Source: Candidatus Rokuibacteriota bacterium
GTDB lineage: Bacteria > JAUVQV01 > DATDCY01
Reading direction: 5' to 3'
Length of the DNA stretch: 43,634 nucleotides
Assembly (NCBI GenBank): GCA_031406795.1
Contig: JANOHV010000274.1
Span: 1 to 43,634, forward strand
Under the pieces are notes generated by a model that made no database searches, had not been told where the DNA came from, and was given only the letters and a program-made list of their open reading frames with translations. Shown here in pieces: positions 15,661 through 25,031 of this stretch (its first letter is position 1; the number at the start of each line of letters is the position of its first letter). Both the position numbers and the translations under genes were made by a program.

Positions 15661-17517
15661 GTGGCGCATAAGACCTCGTGGGGAACCGGCATCCTGCGGG
15701 CGCTCGGCCTGGTCTTCGGCGACATCGGGACCAGCCCGATCTACACCCTCACGGTGGTGCTGGCGCTCACGTCCCCAACCGCGGCGCACGTCCTCGGCGT
15801 ACTCTCGCTGATCTTCTGGACGCTGATCCTCCTGGTCACCGTCGAGTACGCCTGGCTCGCCATGAGCCTCGGCACCCGCGGCGAGGGCGGGACGATCGTC
15901 CTGAAGGAGCTCCTCGTCTCGCTGGTGAGATCCGGGCGTCAGGCGGCCTTCTTCTCCTTCCTCGGCTACATCGGGATCTCGCTCCTCATCGGCGACGGCG
16001 TCATCACGCCGGCGATCTCCATCCTCTCCGCGGTCGAGGGTCTGCTGCTGATCCCCGGGTTGGAGACCACGTCGACGAAGGTCCTGATGGCGGTCGCGGG
16101 ACTGATCGCCATCGCCCTCTTCTCGGTGCAGCGCCGGGGGACCGAGCGGGTGGCCGGGGTGTTCGGCCCTCTGATGCTGATCTGGTTCGGGGTACTGGCC
16201 GTCTCGGGGTTCGTCTCCATCAGTCACGCCCCCGCCGTCGCGCAGGCCCTCAACCCCTGGCACGCGGTGACCTTCCTCGTCGAGAACGGACTCGCCGGTT
16301 TCTTCATCCTCTCCGAGGTCATCCTCTGCGCCACCGGCGGCGAAGCGCTCTTCGCGGACATGGGCCACCTGACGCGCAAGCACATCCGCGCCGCGTGGGG
16401 GTTTGTCTTCGTCGCGCTCGTGATCAACTACTTCGGCCAGGGGGCGTACGTCATCACGCATCCCAACGCGACGAACGTGCTGTTCCAGATGATCTACGCC
16501 CAGGCGCCGCTGCTCTACATCCCCTTCCTGCTGCTGAGCGTCGCCGCGACGGTGATCGCCTCGCAGGCGATGATCAGCGGCATGTTCTCGATCGTCTACC
16601 AGGGGATCACCACCCGCATCCTGCCGATGTTCAGCGTCACCTACACGTCGACCGAGCGCCAGTCGCAGATCTATATCGGCTTCGTGAACTGGTTCCTGCT
16701 GCTGGCGGTGCTGTTCATCATTTCGGTCTTCCAGCAGTCGAAGAACCTCGCCGCGGCCTACGGGCTGGCCGTGACCGGAGACATGGCCATCACCGGCACC
16801 TTCATGACCTTCATCTTCTGGCTCCAGCACAAGCGCGGCCGGGCCCTGATCGCCGCCGTCATCACGGTCGTGGACTTCGCCTACTTCCTCTCGTGCATCT
16901 ACAAGATCCCCCACGGCGGCTACTGGTCGATCATCATCGCCGCGATCCCGCTGACGATGATCATCGTCTACATCGAAGGGCAGAAGAAGCTCTACCGCGA
17001 GCTGCGCCCGCTGCCGCTGGACGTCTTCCTGATCTCGTTCCGGCAACTCTACGCCGGCCTGAGCAAGATCGGCGGCACGGCGCTCTTCTTCGCGAAGGAC
17101 AGCCTGGCCATCCCGCCGTACATCGTCCACACGATCTTCAAGAACAACATCATCTACGAGGACAACATCATCGTCTCGATCGTGCGCCGGCCCGACCCGT
17201 ACGGGGCGGCTGGTTTCTTCCGGAACCCGGGCGACCCCTGCGCGGAGACGGTGTGCCCCTCCGACGTCACCATCGCCCCGGGCCTGCGCTTCTTCGAGAT
17301 CCAGTGCGGGTACATGGAGGTCATCGACGTCGAGGCGGTCCTCAAGGAGGCCGGGATCAACGAGAAGACGATCTTCTACGGCGTCGAGGAGATCCACACG
17401 CGCAACCCGGTCTGGACCCTGTTCGCCGCGATCAAGAAGCTGACGCCGAACATCGTGCAGTTCTACGAGCTGCCGCCGAACAAGCTGCACGGCGTCGTCA
17501 CCCGGGTCGAACTGTAG
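15661..17517 (+). CDS. kup: KUP/HAK/KT potassium transporter, copy 1
   Basis: ALGLVFGDIGTSPIY, GEGG, GDGVITPAISILSAVEG, TGGEALFADMGH, IASQA, GQG, LAAAYGLAV. Confidence 0.95.
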   Translation: MAHKTSWGTGILRALGLVFGDIGTSPIYTLTVVLALTSPTAAHVLGVLSLIFWTLILLVTVEYAWLAMSLGTRGEGGTIVLKELLVSLVRSGRQAAFFSFLGYIGISLLIGDGVITPAISILSAVEGLLLIPGLETTSTKVLMAVAGLIAIALFSVQRRGTERVAGVFGPLMLIWFGVLAVSGFVSISHAPAVAQALNPWHAVTFLVENGLAGFFILSEVILCATGGEALFADMGHLTRKHIRAAWGFVFVALVINYFGQGAYVITHPNATNVLFQMIYAQAPLLYIPFLLLSVAATVIASQAMISGMFSIVYQGITTRILPMFSVTYTSTERQSQIYIGFVNWFLLLAVLFIISVFQQSKNLAAAYGLAVTGDMAITGTFMTFIFWLQHKRGRALIAAVITVVDFAYFLSCIYKIPHGGYWSIIIAAIPLTMIIVYIEGQKKLYRELRPLPLDVFLISFRQLYAGLSKIGGTALFFAKDSLAIPPYIVHTIFKNNIIYEDNIIVSIVRRPDPYGAAGFFRNPGDPCAETVCPSDVTIAPGLRFFEIQCGYMEVIDVEAVLKEAGINEKTIFYGVEEIHTRNPVWTLFAAIKKLTPNIVQFYELPPNKLHGVVTRVEL

Positions 17518-17540
17518 GGGCGGGTTCGACCCCCGCCGGC
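17514..17540 (+). repeat. Single GTAG REP overlapping the kup1 stop codon
   Basis: GTAGGGGCGGGTTCGACCCCCGCC; the TAG of GTAG is the stop. Confidence 0.7.
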
Positions 17541-17554
17541 AAGGAGACGACTGC

Positions 17555-19369
17555 ATGACACAGAGCACGTCCTGGGGAGCGGGCGTCCTGCGGGCGCTCG
17601 GCCTGGTCTTCGGCGACATCGGCACGAGCCCGATCTACACGCTGACCGTCGTCGTGGCGCTCACGGTCCCGACCGAGGCGCACATCCTCGGCGTGCTCTC
17701 GCTGATCGTCTGGACGCTGATCCTGCTGGTGACCGTCGAATACGCCTGGCTCGCCATGAGCCTCGGCAAGCACGGCGAGGGCGGCACGATCGTGCTCAGC
17801 GAGATTCTCATGCCGCTGCTCAAGAGCGGCAGGCAGGCGGCCTTCGTCACGGCCCTGACCTACCTCGGCATTTCGCTGATCATCGGCGACGGGGTGATCA
17901 CCCCGGCGATCTCCATCCTCTCGGCGGTGGAGGGGCTGCTGCTCGTCCCCGGCTTCGGGCAGGTCGGCACGCGCACGCTCGTGGCGCTGGCGGCGGGCAT
18001 CGCGATCGCCCTCTTCTCCATCCAGCGCAGCGGCACCGAGAAGGTCGCGATCTGGTTCGGCCCGCTGATGGTCGTCTGGTTCTCCGTGCTCGCGGTCTCC
18101 GGCCTCGCCTCGATCGCGCACCTCCCCGGGGTGCTGCGGGCGCTCAACCCGCTGCACGCGGTCGGCTTCCTCGCCGAGAGCGGGCTCGCCGGGTTCCTCA
18201 TTCTCTCGGAAGTCATCCTCTGCGCCACCGGCGGCGAAGCGCTCTACGCGGACATGGGCCATCTCAAGCGCGAACACATCATCCACGCCTGGTCGTTCGT
18301 CTTCGTCGCGCTCGTGATCAACTACTTCGGCCAGGGCGCGTACGTGATCGGCCACCCCAACGCCACGAACGTGCTCTTCCAGATGGTTTTCGACCAGGCG
18401 CCGCTGCTCTACATCCCCTTCCTGCTGCTGAGCGTGGCGGCGACCGTCATCGCTTCGCAGGCGATGATCAGCGGCATGTTCTCGATCGTCTACCAGGGGA
18501 TCACGACCCGCATCCTGCCGATGCTCAAGGTCAAGTACACCTCGCACGAGCGCCAGTCGCAGATCTACATCGGGGCGGCGAACTGGTTCCTGCTGCTGGC
18601 GGTCCTCGGCGTGATGGTCCTGTTTCAACAGTCCCACAACCTCGCCGCCGCGTACGGCCTCGCGGTGACCGGCACCATGACGATCACGGGCATCATGATG
18701 ACCTGGATTTTCGCGCGCAGGCGCCAGCCGGTCCGTGCGGGGGTCGCCGCCTTCGTCGCCCTGATCGATATCGTCTTTCTGCTGTCGACCACCACGAAGA
18801 TCCCGCACGGCGGCTACTGGTCGCTCGTGATCGCGGCGTTGCCGCTCGCGGTGATCCTCGTCTACCGCGCCGGCCAGAAGAAACTCTACTTCGCGCTGCG
18901 CCCGCTGCCGATGGACGTCTTCCTGCTCTCCTTCACCCAACTCTACCGCGGTTTGAGCAAGATTTCCGGGACGGCGCTCTTCTTCGCCCGCGACGCCCTG
19001 ACCGCGCCGCCGTACATGGTGCACACGATCTTCAAGAACAACATCATCTACGAGGACAACATCATCGTCTCGATCGTGCGCCGGCCGGACCCGGACGGCA
19101 TCACCGGTTTTTTCAAGGCGCCGCTCGCCGAGGGGCTGCGGTGCTTCGAGATACAGTGCGGCTACCTGGAGCGGGTCGACGTCGAGGAGGTGCTGCAGGA
19201 AGCGGGCATCGTCGAGAAGGTGATCTTCTACGGCGTCGAGGAGATTCAGACGACGAACCCGTTCTGGCACGTCTTCTCGTTCATCAAGAAGAACACGCCG
19301 ACCATCGTGCGCTTCTACGACCTGCCGCCGAATAAGCTCCACGGCGTCGTCACGCGGGTGGAATTGTGA
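17555..19369 (+). CDS. kup: KUP/HAK/KT potassium transporter, copy 2
   Basis: Same motifs; colinear paralog of copy 1; AAGGAG RBS. Confidence 0.95.
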   Translation: MTQSTSWGAGVLRALGLVFGDIGTSPIYTLTVVVALTVPTEAHILGVLSLIVWTLILLVTVEYAWLAMSLGKHGEGGTIVLSEILMPLLKSGRQAAFVTALTYLGISLIIGDGVITPAISILSAVEGLLLVPGFGQVGTRTLVALAAGIAIALFSIQRSGTEKVAIWFGPLMVVWFSVLAVSGLASIAHLPGVLRALNPLHAVGFLAESGLAGFLILSEVILCATGGEALYADMGHLKREHIIHAWSFVFVALVINYFGQGAYVIGHPNATNVLFQMVFDQAPLLYIPFLLLSVAATVIASQAMISGMFSIVYQGITTRILPMLKVKYTSHERQSQIYIGAANWFLLLAVLGVMVLFQQSHNLAAAYGLAVTGTMTITGIMMTWIFARRRQPVRAGVAAFVALIDIVFLLSTTTKIPHGGYWSLVIAALPLAVILVYRAGQKKLYFALRPLPMDVFLLSFTQLYRGLSKISGTALFFARDALTAPPYMVHTIFKNNIIYEDNIIVSIVRRPDPDGITGFFKAPLAEGLRCFEIQCGYLERVDVEEVLQEAGIVEKVIFYGVEEIQTTNPFWHVFSFIKKNTPTIVRFYDLPPNKLHGVVTRVEL

Positions 19370-19373
19370 TTAC

Positions 19374-19518
19374 GGCCGCTGAAAAGGGTCCATCTGCGGC
19401 GGTGCCGGCCCTGCCACCTGCGAGCGCAGCGAGTGGGTGGTGCCTGTGCGACGGCCACCAGGCCGTCTCAGTCGCTCCTTCGTCGGGCGCCTTGCACCTT
19501 GACCCTTTTGATCAGCCT
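19374..19518 (-). mobile_element. TIR repeat element (MITE-like) with a different internal segment
   Basis: Ends ggccgctgaaaagggtccatctgcggcg and cgccttgcaccttgacccttttgatcagcct match the 41290-41411 ends. Lies between convergent kup2 and rnhB. Confidence 0.8.
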
Positions 19519-19584
19519 CTCCGTTCCGAATAATCGGGACCGGCGAGGCGGCGGGGGCGTCACTGAGGGAAGATGCGCGAAGAC

Positions 19585-20205
19585 TCAGGGGCGCACTGGC
19601 CTGAAGGACCTGCGGTGGATCGGACAGGGGCCCTGCTCGGCCAGCGCAGCCAGGTGTGCCGCGGTGCCGTACCCGTTGTTGCTCGAGAAGCCGTAGACGG
19701 GCCAGCGCTCGTGGTGCTCCCGCATCAGCCGGTCGCGGTGCACCTTGGCGAGGATCGAGGCGGCCGCGATGCAGGCGACGCGGCCGTCGCCGCCGATCAC
19801 GGCCTCCCCGGGGACGGGGAGCTGCGGCATGATCGAGCCGTCGACGAGGACATAATCCGGCGCGACCCGCAGGGCTGCGACCGCCCGCTCCATAGCGCGC
19901 AGGGTCGCCTGAAGGATATTGATCGCGTCGATCTCGGTCTCGGACGACTCGGCGACCGCCCAACTGACGGCCGCGGCGGTGATGACGGGGACCAGCGCCT
20001 CGCGCCGGCGGGCGTCGAGACGCTTGGAGTCATCGATCCGGGGATGGGTGAACCGCGCGGGAAAGACGACGGCTGCGGCAACGACCGGTCCGGCCAGCGG
20101 GCCGCGGCCGGCCTCGTCGACCCCCGCGATCAACTCGAACCCGCGCCTGCGCACCCCCCGTTCGAACGTCCAGAGATCTGTGGGGGGGCCGGGGACGGAT
20201 TTCAC
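19585..20205 (-). CDS. rnhB: Ribonuclease HII
   Basis: IAGVDEAGRGPLAGPVVAAAV, DSKRL, INILQAT, VLVDG, IAAASILAKV, HRRSF. Confidence 0.96.
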   Translation of the reverse strand: MKSVPGPPTDLWTFERGVRRRGFELIAGVDEAGRGPLAGPVVAAAVVFPARFTHPRIDDSKRLDARRREALVPVITAAAVSWAVAESSETEIDAINILQATLRAMERAVAALRVAPDYVLVDGSIMPQLPVPGEAVIGGDGRVACIAAASILAKVHRDRLMREHHERWPVYGFSSNNGYGTAAHLAALAEQGPCPIHRRSFRPVRP

Positions 20206-20242
20206 CCCTGTCCCCTGCTCACTGATACCACATGAGAGGTGC

Positions 20243-20410
20243 TGGCTATCCAGAAAGGTCCCGGTAAGAGGCCCACGAAAATCCGACGAACGGCGCGTAC
20301 GGTACTCGGGCGGGAATGAATCCCGCCCCTACGACCACCGGCGCCCATCCCTGTTCGTAGGGGAGGGGTTCACCCCCTCCCGCAGCAGATGGGCCTTATT
20401 CAGCGACCTG
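20243..20410 (+). mobile_element. TIR element with a nested inverted REP doublet (20307-20382)
   Basis: ggctatccagaaaggtcc ... gggcgggaatgaatcccgcccCTAC ... GTAGgggaggggttcaccccctcccg ... gcagatgggccttattcagcgacct. Confidence 0.75.
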
Positions 20411-20413
20411 CTG

Positions 20414-20746
20414 CTAGAAGCGCGTGGCGGCCTTGCCGACGAGGTCGCGGGTGAAGTAGAGCTTGGAGCGGCGCACCTTGCGCGACTTCATGACCTCGAT
20501 CTTGCCGAGCATCGGGCTGTGCAGCGGAAAAATGCGCTCGACCCCGGTGCCGTAGGAGAGCTTGCGAACCGTGAAGGAACTGCCGGCGCCGGCACTGCGC
20601 ATGCGCACGACGAGCCCCTCGAAAATCTGGATCCGCTCCTTCTCGCCTTCCACGACCTTGGTGTGAACCTTGACGCTGTCCCCGGGACGGAACGGCGGAA
20701 TGTCCTCGCGCTGGGTGTCCTTGTCGAGTTCGCGAATGATGTCCAT
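20414..20746 (-). CDS. rplS: 50S ribosomal protein L19
   Basis: [10 protein letters not shown]...[12 protein letters not shown]...[21 protein letters not shown]...VRRSKLY; AGGAG RBS. Confidence 0.97.
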   Translation of the reverse strand: MDIIRELDKDTQREDIPPFRPGDSVKVHTKVVEGEKERIQIFEGLVVRMRSAGAGSSFTVRKLSYGTGVERIFPLHSPMLGKIEVMKSRKVRRSKLYFTRDLVGKAATRF

Positions 20747-20798
20747 GTCAAATCTCCTCTGTAGGCCAGTCACACTCACGGTAAACTTGGGGATTATG

Positions 20799-21368
20799 TC
20801 ATCTTCCAAAGAGACGGTCAAGTATGATGGCCACGGCGGAGCGGACCGGGAGGTGGTTGAACTCGCCCGGACCCCGCACCGGACCGAGGAAGAAATCGCA
20901 CTGGGCCGCCGCGTCGGGGCCGAGCCCCGATCCGGTGCCGAAGAGCAGCAGCCAGGGCCGGGTTGCTTCCTGCATCATCGCCGCAAGGTCAGGATAATCG
21001 ATGCTTTTCGGCCCCTGCCGGGCTGCCGTCCCCACCACCGCCGGCGGGCCCTTGGCACGCCGGTTCAGATCGTCCAGCGCCTCATTGATCGACCCCGAAA
21101 GCACGACGTCCCGCAACGCCTCCGCGCGGGTCGGGTTGGCCGCGACGCCGTATCCCTCGCGGTAGTGGGCGAGAATCCGCCCGACGAGCGCCTGCTGCGA
21201 GAACAGCGGGGTGACGACGTACAGCGGCGCCACGCCGTAGGTGCGCGCCGCGCGCGCCAGATCGTGGATATTGAGCGGCGTCACGGAGGTTGCCCCGACA
21301 CCGCCGATGCGGTCGCGGATGACTGGGTAGTGCACGAGGGCGAGGGCGACCCGCGGGCGCTCAGCCAT
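20799..21368 (-). CDS. SPOUT-type SAM-dependent RNA methyltransferase (trmD-associated)
   Basis: [55 protein letters not shown]. Confidence 0.88.
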   Translation of the reverse strand: MAERPRVALALVHYPVIRDRIGGVGATSVTPLNIHDLARAARTYGVAPLYVVTPLFSQQALVGRILAHYREGYGVAANPTRAEALRDVVLSGSINEALDDLNRRAKGPPAVVGTAARQGPKSIDYPDLAAMMQEATRPWLLLFGTGSGLGPDAAAQCDFFLGPVRGPGEFNHLPVRSAVAIILDRLFGR

Positions 21369-22104
21369 CGCGCTCACCCGCGATTCTGAACTGGTCCAGC
21401 AGTTTGATGTCCTCCGGGCCGAGTTCGGCGGCGGCGAGCAGGTCCGGCCGCTTGCGCAGCGTCTGGCGCAGCGCCTCGCGCCGGCGCCAGCGGGTGATCG
21501 CGGCATGGTCCCCCGACAGCAACACTTCGGGAACAGCGAGGTTGCGAAACAACGGCGGGCGCGTGTAGTGCGGGTGGTCGAGAAGGCCCGCGAAAAAGGA
21601 GTCCTGCTCGACCGATTCGGCCTGCCCGACCACCCCGGGAACCTGACGCGCCACCGTCTCCACGAGCACCATCGCCGCGCTCTCGCCCCCGGCGAGCACG
21701 TAGTCGCCGATCGATATCTCCTCGTCGATCAGCGCGGCGCGCACCCGCTCGTCGATCCCCTCGTAGCGGCCGCAGACCAGGATCATGCCGGGGCGCGCCC
21801 CGAACTCGCGCACCAGCGACTGGTTCCAGACGCGTCCCTGCGGTGAGAGCAGGACCGTGGTCGCCCCGGGACTCTGCGCCTTCAGCTCTTCGATCGCCGC
21901 GAAGAGCGGCTCGGGCTTCATGACCATGCCGGCGCCGCCGCCGTACGGGGCGTCGTCCGTGACCCGGTGCCGGTCGAGGGTCCAGCCGCGCAGGTCGTGG
22001 ACGCGGATGTCGAGCACCCCCCGATCGCAGGCGCGGTGAATGATGCCCTCGCGCAGCGGAGACTCGAAGAACGCCGGAAAAATCGTCAGGACGTCGATCC
22101 GCAT
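21361..22104 (-). CDS. trmD: tRNA (guanine37-N1)-methyltransferase
   Basis: DDAPYGGGAGMVMK, LLSPQG, CGRYEGIDER, SIGDYVLAGGE, YTRP, VPEVLLSGDH. Confidence 0.97.
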   Translation of the reverse strand: MRIDVLTIFPAFFESPLREGIIHRACDRGVLDIRVHDLRGWTLDRHRVTDDAPYGGGAGMVMKPEPLFAAIEELKAQSPGATTVLLSPQGRVWNQSLVREFGARPGMILVCGRYEGIDERVRAALIDEEISIGDYVLAGGESAAMVLVETVARQVPGVVGQAESVEQDSFFAGLLDHPHYTRPPLFRNLAVPEVLLSGDHAAITRWRRREALRQTLRKRPDLLAAAELGPEDIKLLDQFRIAGERDG

Positions 22105-22307
22105 CAGCAGACCATGGTCAAGGGACCGTTTCCCGAGCGGGAGGGGGTGAACCCCTCCCCTACATCTGCAGGGGCGAACCTTTTCCCTACGTATGCGGGG
22201 GTGTACCCTTCGCCTGGATAAACACGGATTCGTCGTAGGGGCGGGGTTGAACCCCGCCCGGCATTCCCCTGTCGCGCATTCTGCATCTGGACCCTCTTGA
22301 GCAGCCT
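22105..22307 (-). mobile_element. Degenerate TIR element with nested REPs between rimM and trmD
   Basis: Right end tgcatctggaccctcttgagcagcct is the reverse complement of the family TIR; internal gggagggggtgaacccctcccCTAC and GTAGgggcggggttgaaccccgcccg. Confidence 0.75.
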
Positions 22308-22319
22308 GATCGTTCCATG

Positions 22320-22856
22320 TCAGGGCAGCAGGCCCTCGAGGAGCCTGATCTTGATGCGGCGCGCGTCCCGGTCGATGGCGAGCACGAACTGCTCGATGAA
22401 GGGCACCAGCACCTCGCCCCGCGGCCCGTGCACGACGAGCACCCGGCGATCCTCGCCGGTTTCGAGCACCTGGTGCACGGTGCCGAGCGATTCACCCTGC
22501 TCGGTCTCCACCGCCATGCCGGGCAGATTGTGAAGCCAGACCTCCCCGGGAGGCAGCGCCGGCAGGTCCGCCTCGCGCACGCACAGCCGTCCCCCGCGCA
22601 GGGCCTCGGCGGCCGTCCGGTCGGGGACCCCTTCGAGAAGCAGAAGATAGCGCTGCTGGTGCATCCGGGAGCCGAGGATGCGCCGCGGACTCACCGGAAG
22701 GCCGGGGGCCTCGAGCAGCAGCGTCTCCCCCGCGCTGAAGCGCCCGGGGTCGTCGGTGAGCGGGTGCACGACGACTTCGCCGCGGATGCCGTGCGCCGTG
22801 GCGACGAGCCCCACCGTGACGAGGTCGCCGCGGGGGTCAACCCGGTCTGGACTCAC
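22320..22856 (-). CDS. rimM: 16S rRNA processing protein RimM
   Basis: VGLVATAHGIRGEV...TDDPGRF, DRTAAEALRG, LGTV..VLETG, LVPF. Confidence 0.93.
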   Translation of the reverse strand: MSPDRVDPRGDLVTVGLVATAHGIRGEVVVHPLTDDPGRFSAGETLLLEAPGLPVSPRRILGSRMHQQRYLLLLEGVPDRTAAEALRGGRLCVREADLPALPPGEVWLHNLPGMAVETEQGESLGTVHQVLETGEDRRVLVVHGPRGEVLVPFIEQFVLAIDRDARRIKIRLLEGLLP

Positions 22857-22865
22857 GCGATCCCG

Positions 22866-23096
22866 CTACTCCAGAATCTCGAGGACCACCCGGCGGTTCT
22901 CGCGGGTGGCGGCGGCGTTGAGGATGGTCCGGATGGCTTTCGCCGTCCGGCCCTCCTTGCCGATGACCCGCCCCAGATCGTCCACGGCGACCCGAAGCTC
23001 GATGACCGTGGTCCTCTCGCTCGCGGTTTCGGTCACGACGACCTGATCGGGATTGTTGACGAGCGTCCTGGCGATCTGTTCCACGAGCGTCTTCAT
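22866..23096 (-). CDS. khpA: KH-domain RNA-binding protein
   Basis: LVNNPDQV...[18 protein letters not shown]; located between rpsP and rimM. Confidence 0.93.
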   Translation of the reverse strand: MKTLVEQIARTLVNNPDQVVVTETASERTTVIELRVAVDDLGRVIGKEGRTAKAIRTILNAAATRENRRVVLEILE

Positions 23097-23148
23097 CCGT
23101 CAGTCTCCTTCTGGTCCTCGCTCAAGGGAGAGCAGGCGCAGCGCCGCT

Positions 23149-23406
23149 TCAAACCTTCTGGAGTTCGGCCGCCCGCTTGAGCAGCCGCGCCACCGTCGAG
23201 GAGATCGTCGCGCCGTGACGGCGCAACTCCGCGACCCGGGCGGTGTCGATCCGCAGCGGCTGGTCCTTGGCGAGCGGGTCAAAGGAGCCGATCCCCTCGA
23301 GCGCCTGCCCCTTGGGCGGACACTGGCTGTCGGACACGACCACCCGGTAGAAGGGCCTCTGATTCGACCCCAGTCTCTTCAGTCTGATGCTGAGTCCCAC
23401 GTCCAC
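23149..23406 (-). CDS. rpsP: 30S ribosomal protein S16 (divergent)
   Basis: IRLKRLG...PFYRVVV...GSFDP...GATISSTVARLL; AAGGAGGT RBS; conserved synteny. Confidence 0.9.
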   Translation of the reverse strand: MDVGLSIRLKRLGSNQRPFYRVVVSDSQCPPKGQALEGIGSFDPLAKDQPLRIDTARVAELRRHGATISSTVARLLKRAAELQKV

Positions 23407-23426
23407 ACCTCCTTGATTGAATCTTC

Positions 23427-23457
23427 TTTATACCACAGAACGGCCACCGGCCGTCAA
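23427..23457 (-). promoter_or_regulatory. Putative rpsP promoter
   Basis: TTGACG, 19 bp, extended -10 TGgTATAAA. Confidence 0.5.
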
Positions 23458-23494
23458 ATACGGCGGCCGGGCCGCGGGTTCCGCCAGGACCGGC

Positions 23495-24838
23495 TCACCC
23501 CCAGGGCATCCGGGGACGCCCCTTGCCGCCGCGGCCGCCCGCGGTCATCTTCGAGACCTGTTTCATCATCCGCTGCGCCTGCGTGAACTGCTTGAGCAGG
23601 CGGTTGACGTCGGTGACCGTCGTGCCGCTGCCCTTCGCGATGCGCTGGCGGCGGCTCGACGAGATGATCTGCGGCTTGTGGCGCTCGAGCGGCGTCATCG
23701 AGGAGATGATCGCGTCGACCTGCACCAGCTGCTTGCCGTCGAGGTCGGCCTCGTCGATCTTGAGCTTCGCGGCCCCCGGCAGCATCTTGAGAATCGAGGA
23801 GATGCTCCCCATCTTGCGCACCTGCAGCAGCTGCTGGCGGAAGTCCTCGAGGTCGAGCTCCCCCTTCTTGCGCAGCTTGCGGCCGAGTTCCTGCGCCTGT
23901 TCGCGGTCGACGCTCTCCCCGGCGCGCTCGATCAGCGTCAGCACATCCCCCATGCCGAGGATGCGCTGCGCCATCCGGTCGGGGTGGAAGGGCTCGAACT
24001 GCTCCGGGCGTTCGCCGACGCCGACGAACTTGAGCGGCACACCGAGCGCCGAGCGGATGGAGAGCGCGGCGCCGCCGCGGGCGTCGCCGTCGAGTTTCGT
24101 CAGGATCACCCCGGTCAGACCGACCTCCTGGTGAAAACCGGCGGCGATGTTCACCGCCTCCTGGCCGGTCATCGCATCGGCCACCATCAGGATCTCGGAC
24201 GGCGCGACCGCCGTCTTGATGGCGCGCAGTTCGGCCATCAGCTGTTCGTCCACGTGCAGACGCCCCGCGGTGTCGATGATCGCGACGTCCAGCGCGTGGT
24301 GCTTCGCGTGCGTGACCCCGAGGCGCGCCAGTTCGACGGGCGAGGGACCCCGCTCCCCGAAGACCGGGACGCCGACCTGCCCCCCGAGCGTCCGCAGCTG
24401 TTCCTGCGCCGCCGGGCGGTAGACGTCGGCCGCGATCAGCAGGGGGTGGCGTCCCTCCTTCGTCAGGCGCAGCGCCAGTTTGGCGGCCGAGGTCGTCTTG
24501 CCGCTGCCCTGGAGGCCGACGAGCATGATCGTCGTCACCGCGGGGGCGGGCGCGTACTGGATTGGCGTCCAGGTGCCGCCGAGGATCTCGGTCAACTCCT
24601 CGCGGACGATCTTGATCACCTGCTGCGCCGGCGTCAGGCTCGCGGCGACGTCCGCGCCCGAGGCCCGCGCCTCGACCCGGCGTTCGAGTTCCTTGGTGAC
24701 CTTGTAGTTGACGTCGGCCTCGAGCAGCGCGAGGCGGATCTCGCGCAGGGTGGCTTTGATCAGCTCCGGGCTGAGCGAACCGTGGCCGCGCAGTTTCTTG
24801 AAGACCGACTCGAGTCTTTCACTCAGGCGCTCGAACAT
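23495..24838 (-). CDS. ffh: Signal recognition particle protein Ffh
   Basis: ALLEADV, GLQGSGKTT, DVYRPAA, DTAGR, TKLDGDARGG, RILGMGD, RRQRIAKGSG. Confidence 0.98.
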   Translation of the reverse strand: MFERLSERLESVFKKLRGHGSLSPELIKATLREIRLALLEADVNYKVTKELERRVEARASGADVAASLTPAQQVIKIVREELTEILGGTWTPIQYAPAPAVTTIMLVGLQGSGKTTSAAKLALRLTKEGRHPLLIAADVYRPAAQEQLRTLGGQVGVPVFGERGPSPVELARLGVTHAKHHALDVAIIDTAGRLHVDEQLMAELRAIKTAVAPSEILMVADAMTGQEAVNIAAGFHQEVGLTGVILTKLDGDARGGAALSIRSALGVPLKFVGVGERPEQFEPFHPDRMAQRILGMGDVLTLIERAGESVDREQAQELGRKLRKKGELDLEDFRQQLLQVRKMGSISSILKMLPGAAKLKIDEADLDGKQLVQVDAIISSMTPLERHKPQIISSSRRQRIAKGSGTTVTDVNRLLKQFTQAQRMMKQVSKMTAGGRGGKGRPRMPWG

Positions 24839-24875
24839 GCGTCGTTCACGATCCTTCCCGATGGTTGGGCTGTAG

Positions 24876-24905
24876 ATTGTAGTAAGCGGGCGAGGGGCCT
24901 GTCAA
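24876..24905 (-). promoter_or_regulatory. Sigma70 promoter of ffh
   Basis: TTGACA-N18-TACAAT on the minus strand. Confidence 0.7.
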
Positions 24906-25031
24906 TGAACGCGTCGGCCAAGGCTGCCCCCGGCCCTCTGCCCGCCTCACGATTCATGACATCCGCCGCGCACGGACTTCACCGATGAGACATAGATCAC
25001 TGAACGGACACCGGCTGGGGGCGCAAGGTGA

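Noticed and set aside
15571-19342. Long antisense and alternate-frame ORFs over kup (likewise over ffh, the carboxylase and aguA/B)
   Set aside because: Shadow ORFs caused by GC3 bias; R/G/P-rich or mirror composition and no motifs.
15661-19369. Assembly artefact duplicating kup
   Set aside because: The copies differ by many synonymous and non-synonymous changes and by an indel.
22104-22286. 60-aa ORF between rimM and trmD (and similar ORFs at 12273 and 41197)
   Set aside because: These are translations of REP/TIR repeat DNA with no independent coding evidence.
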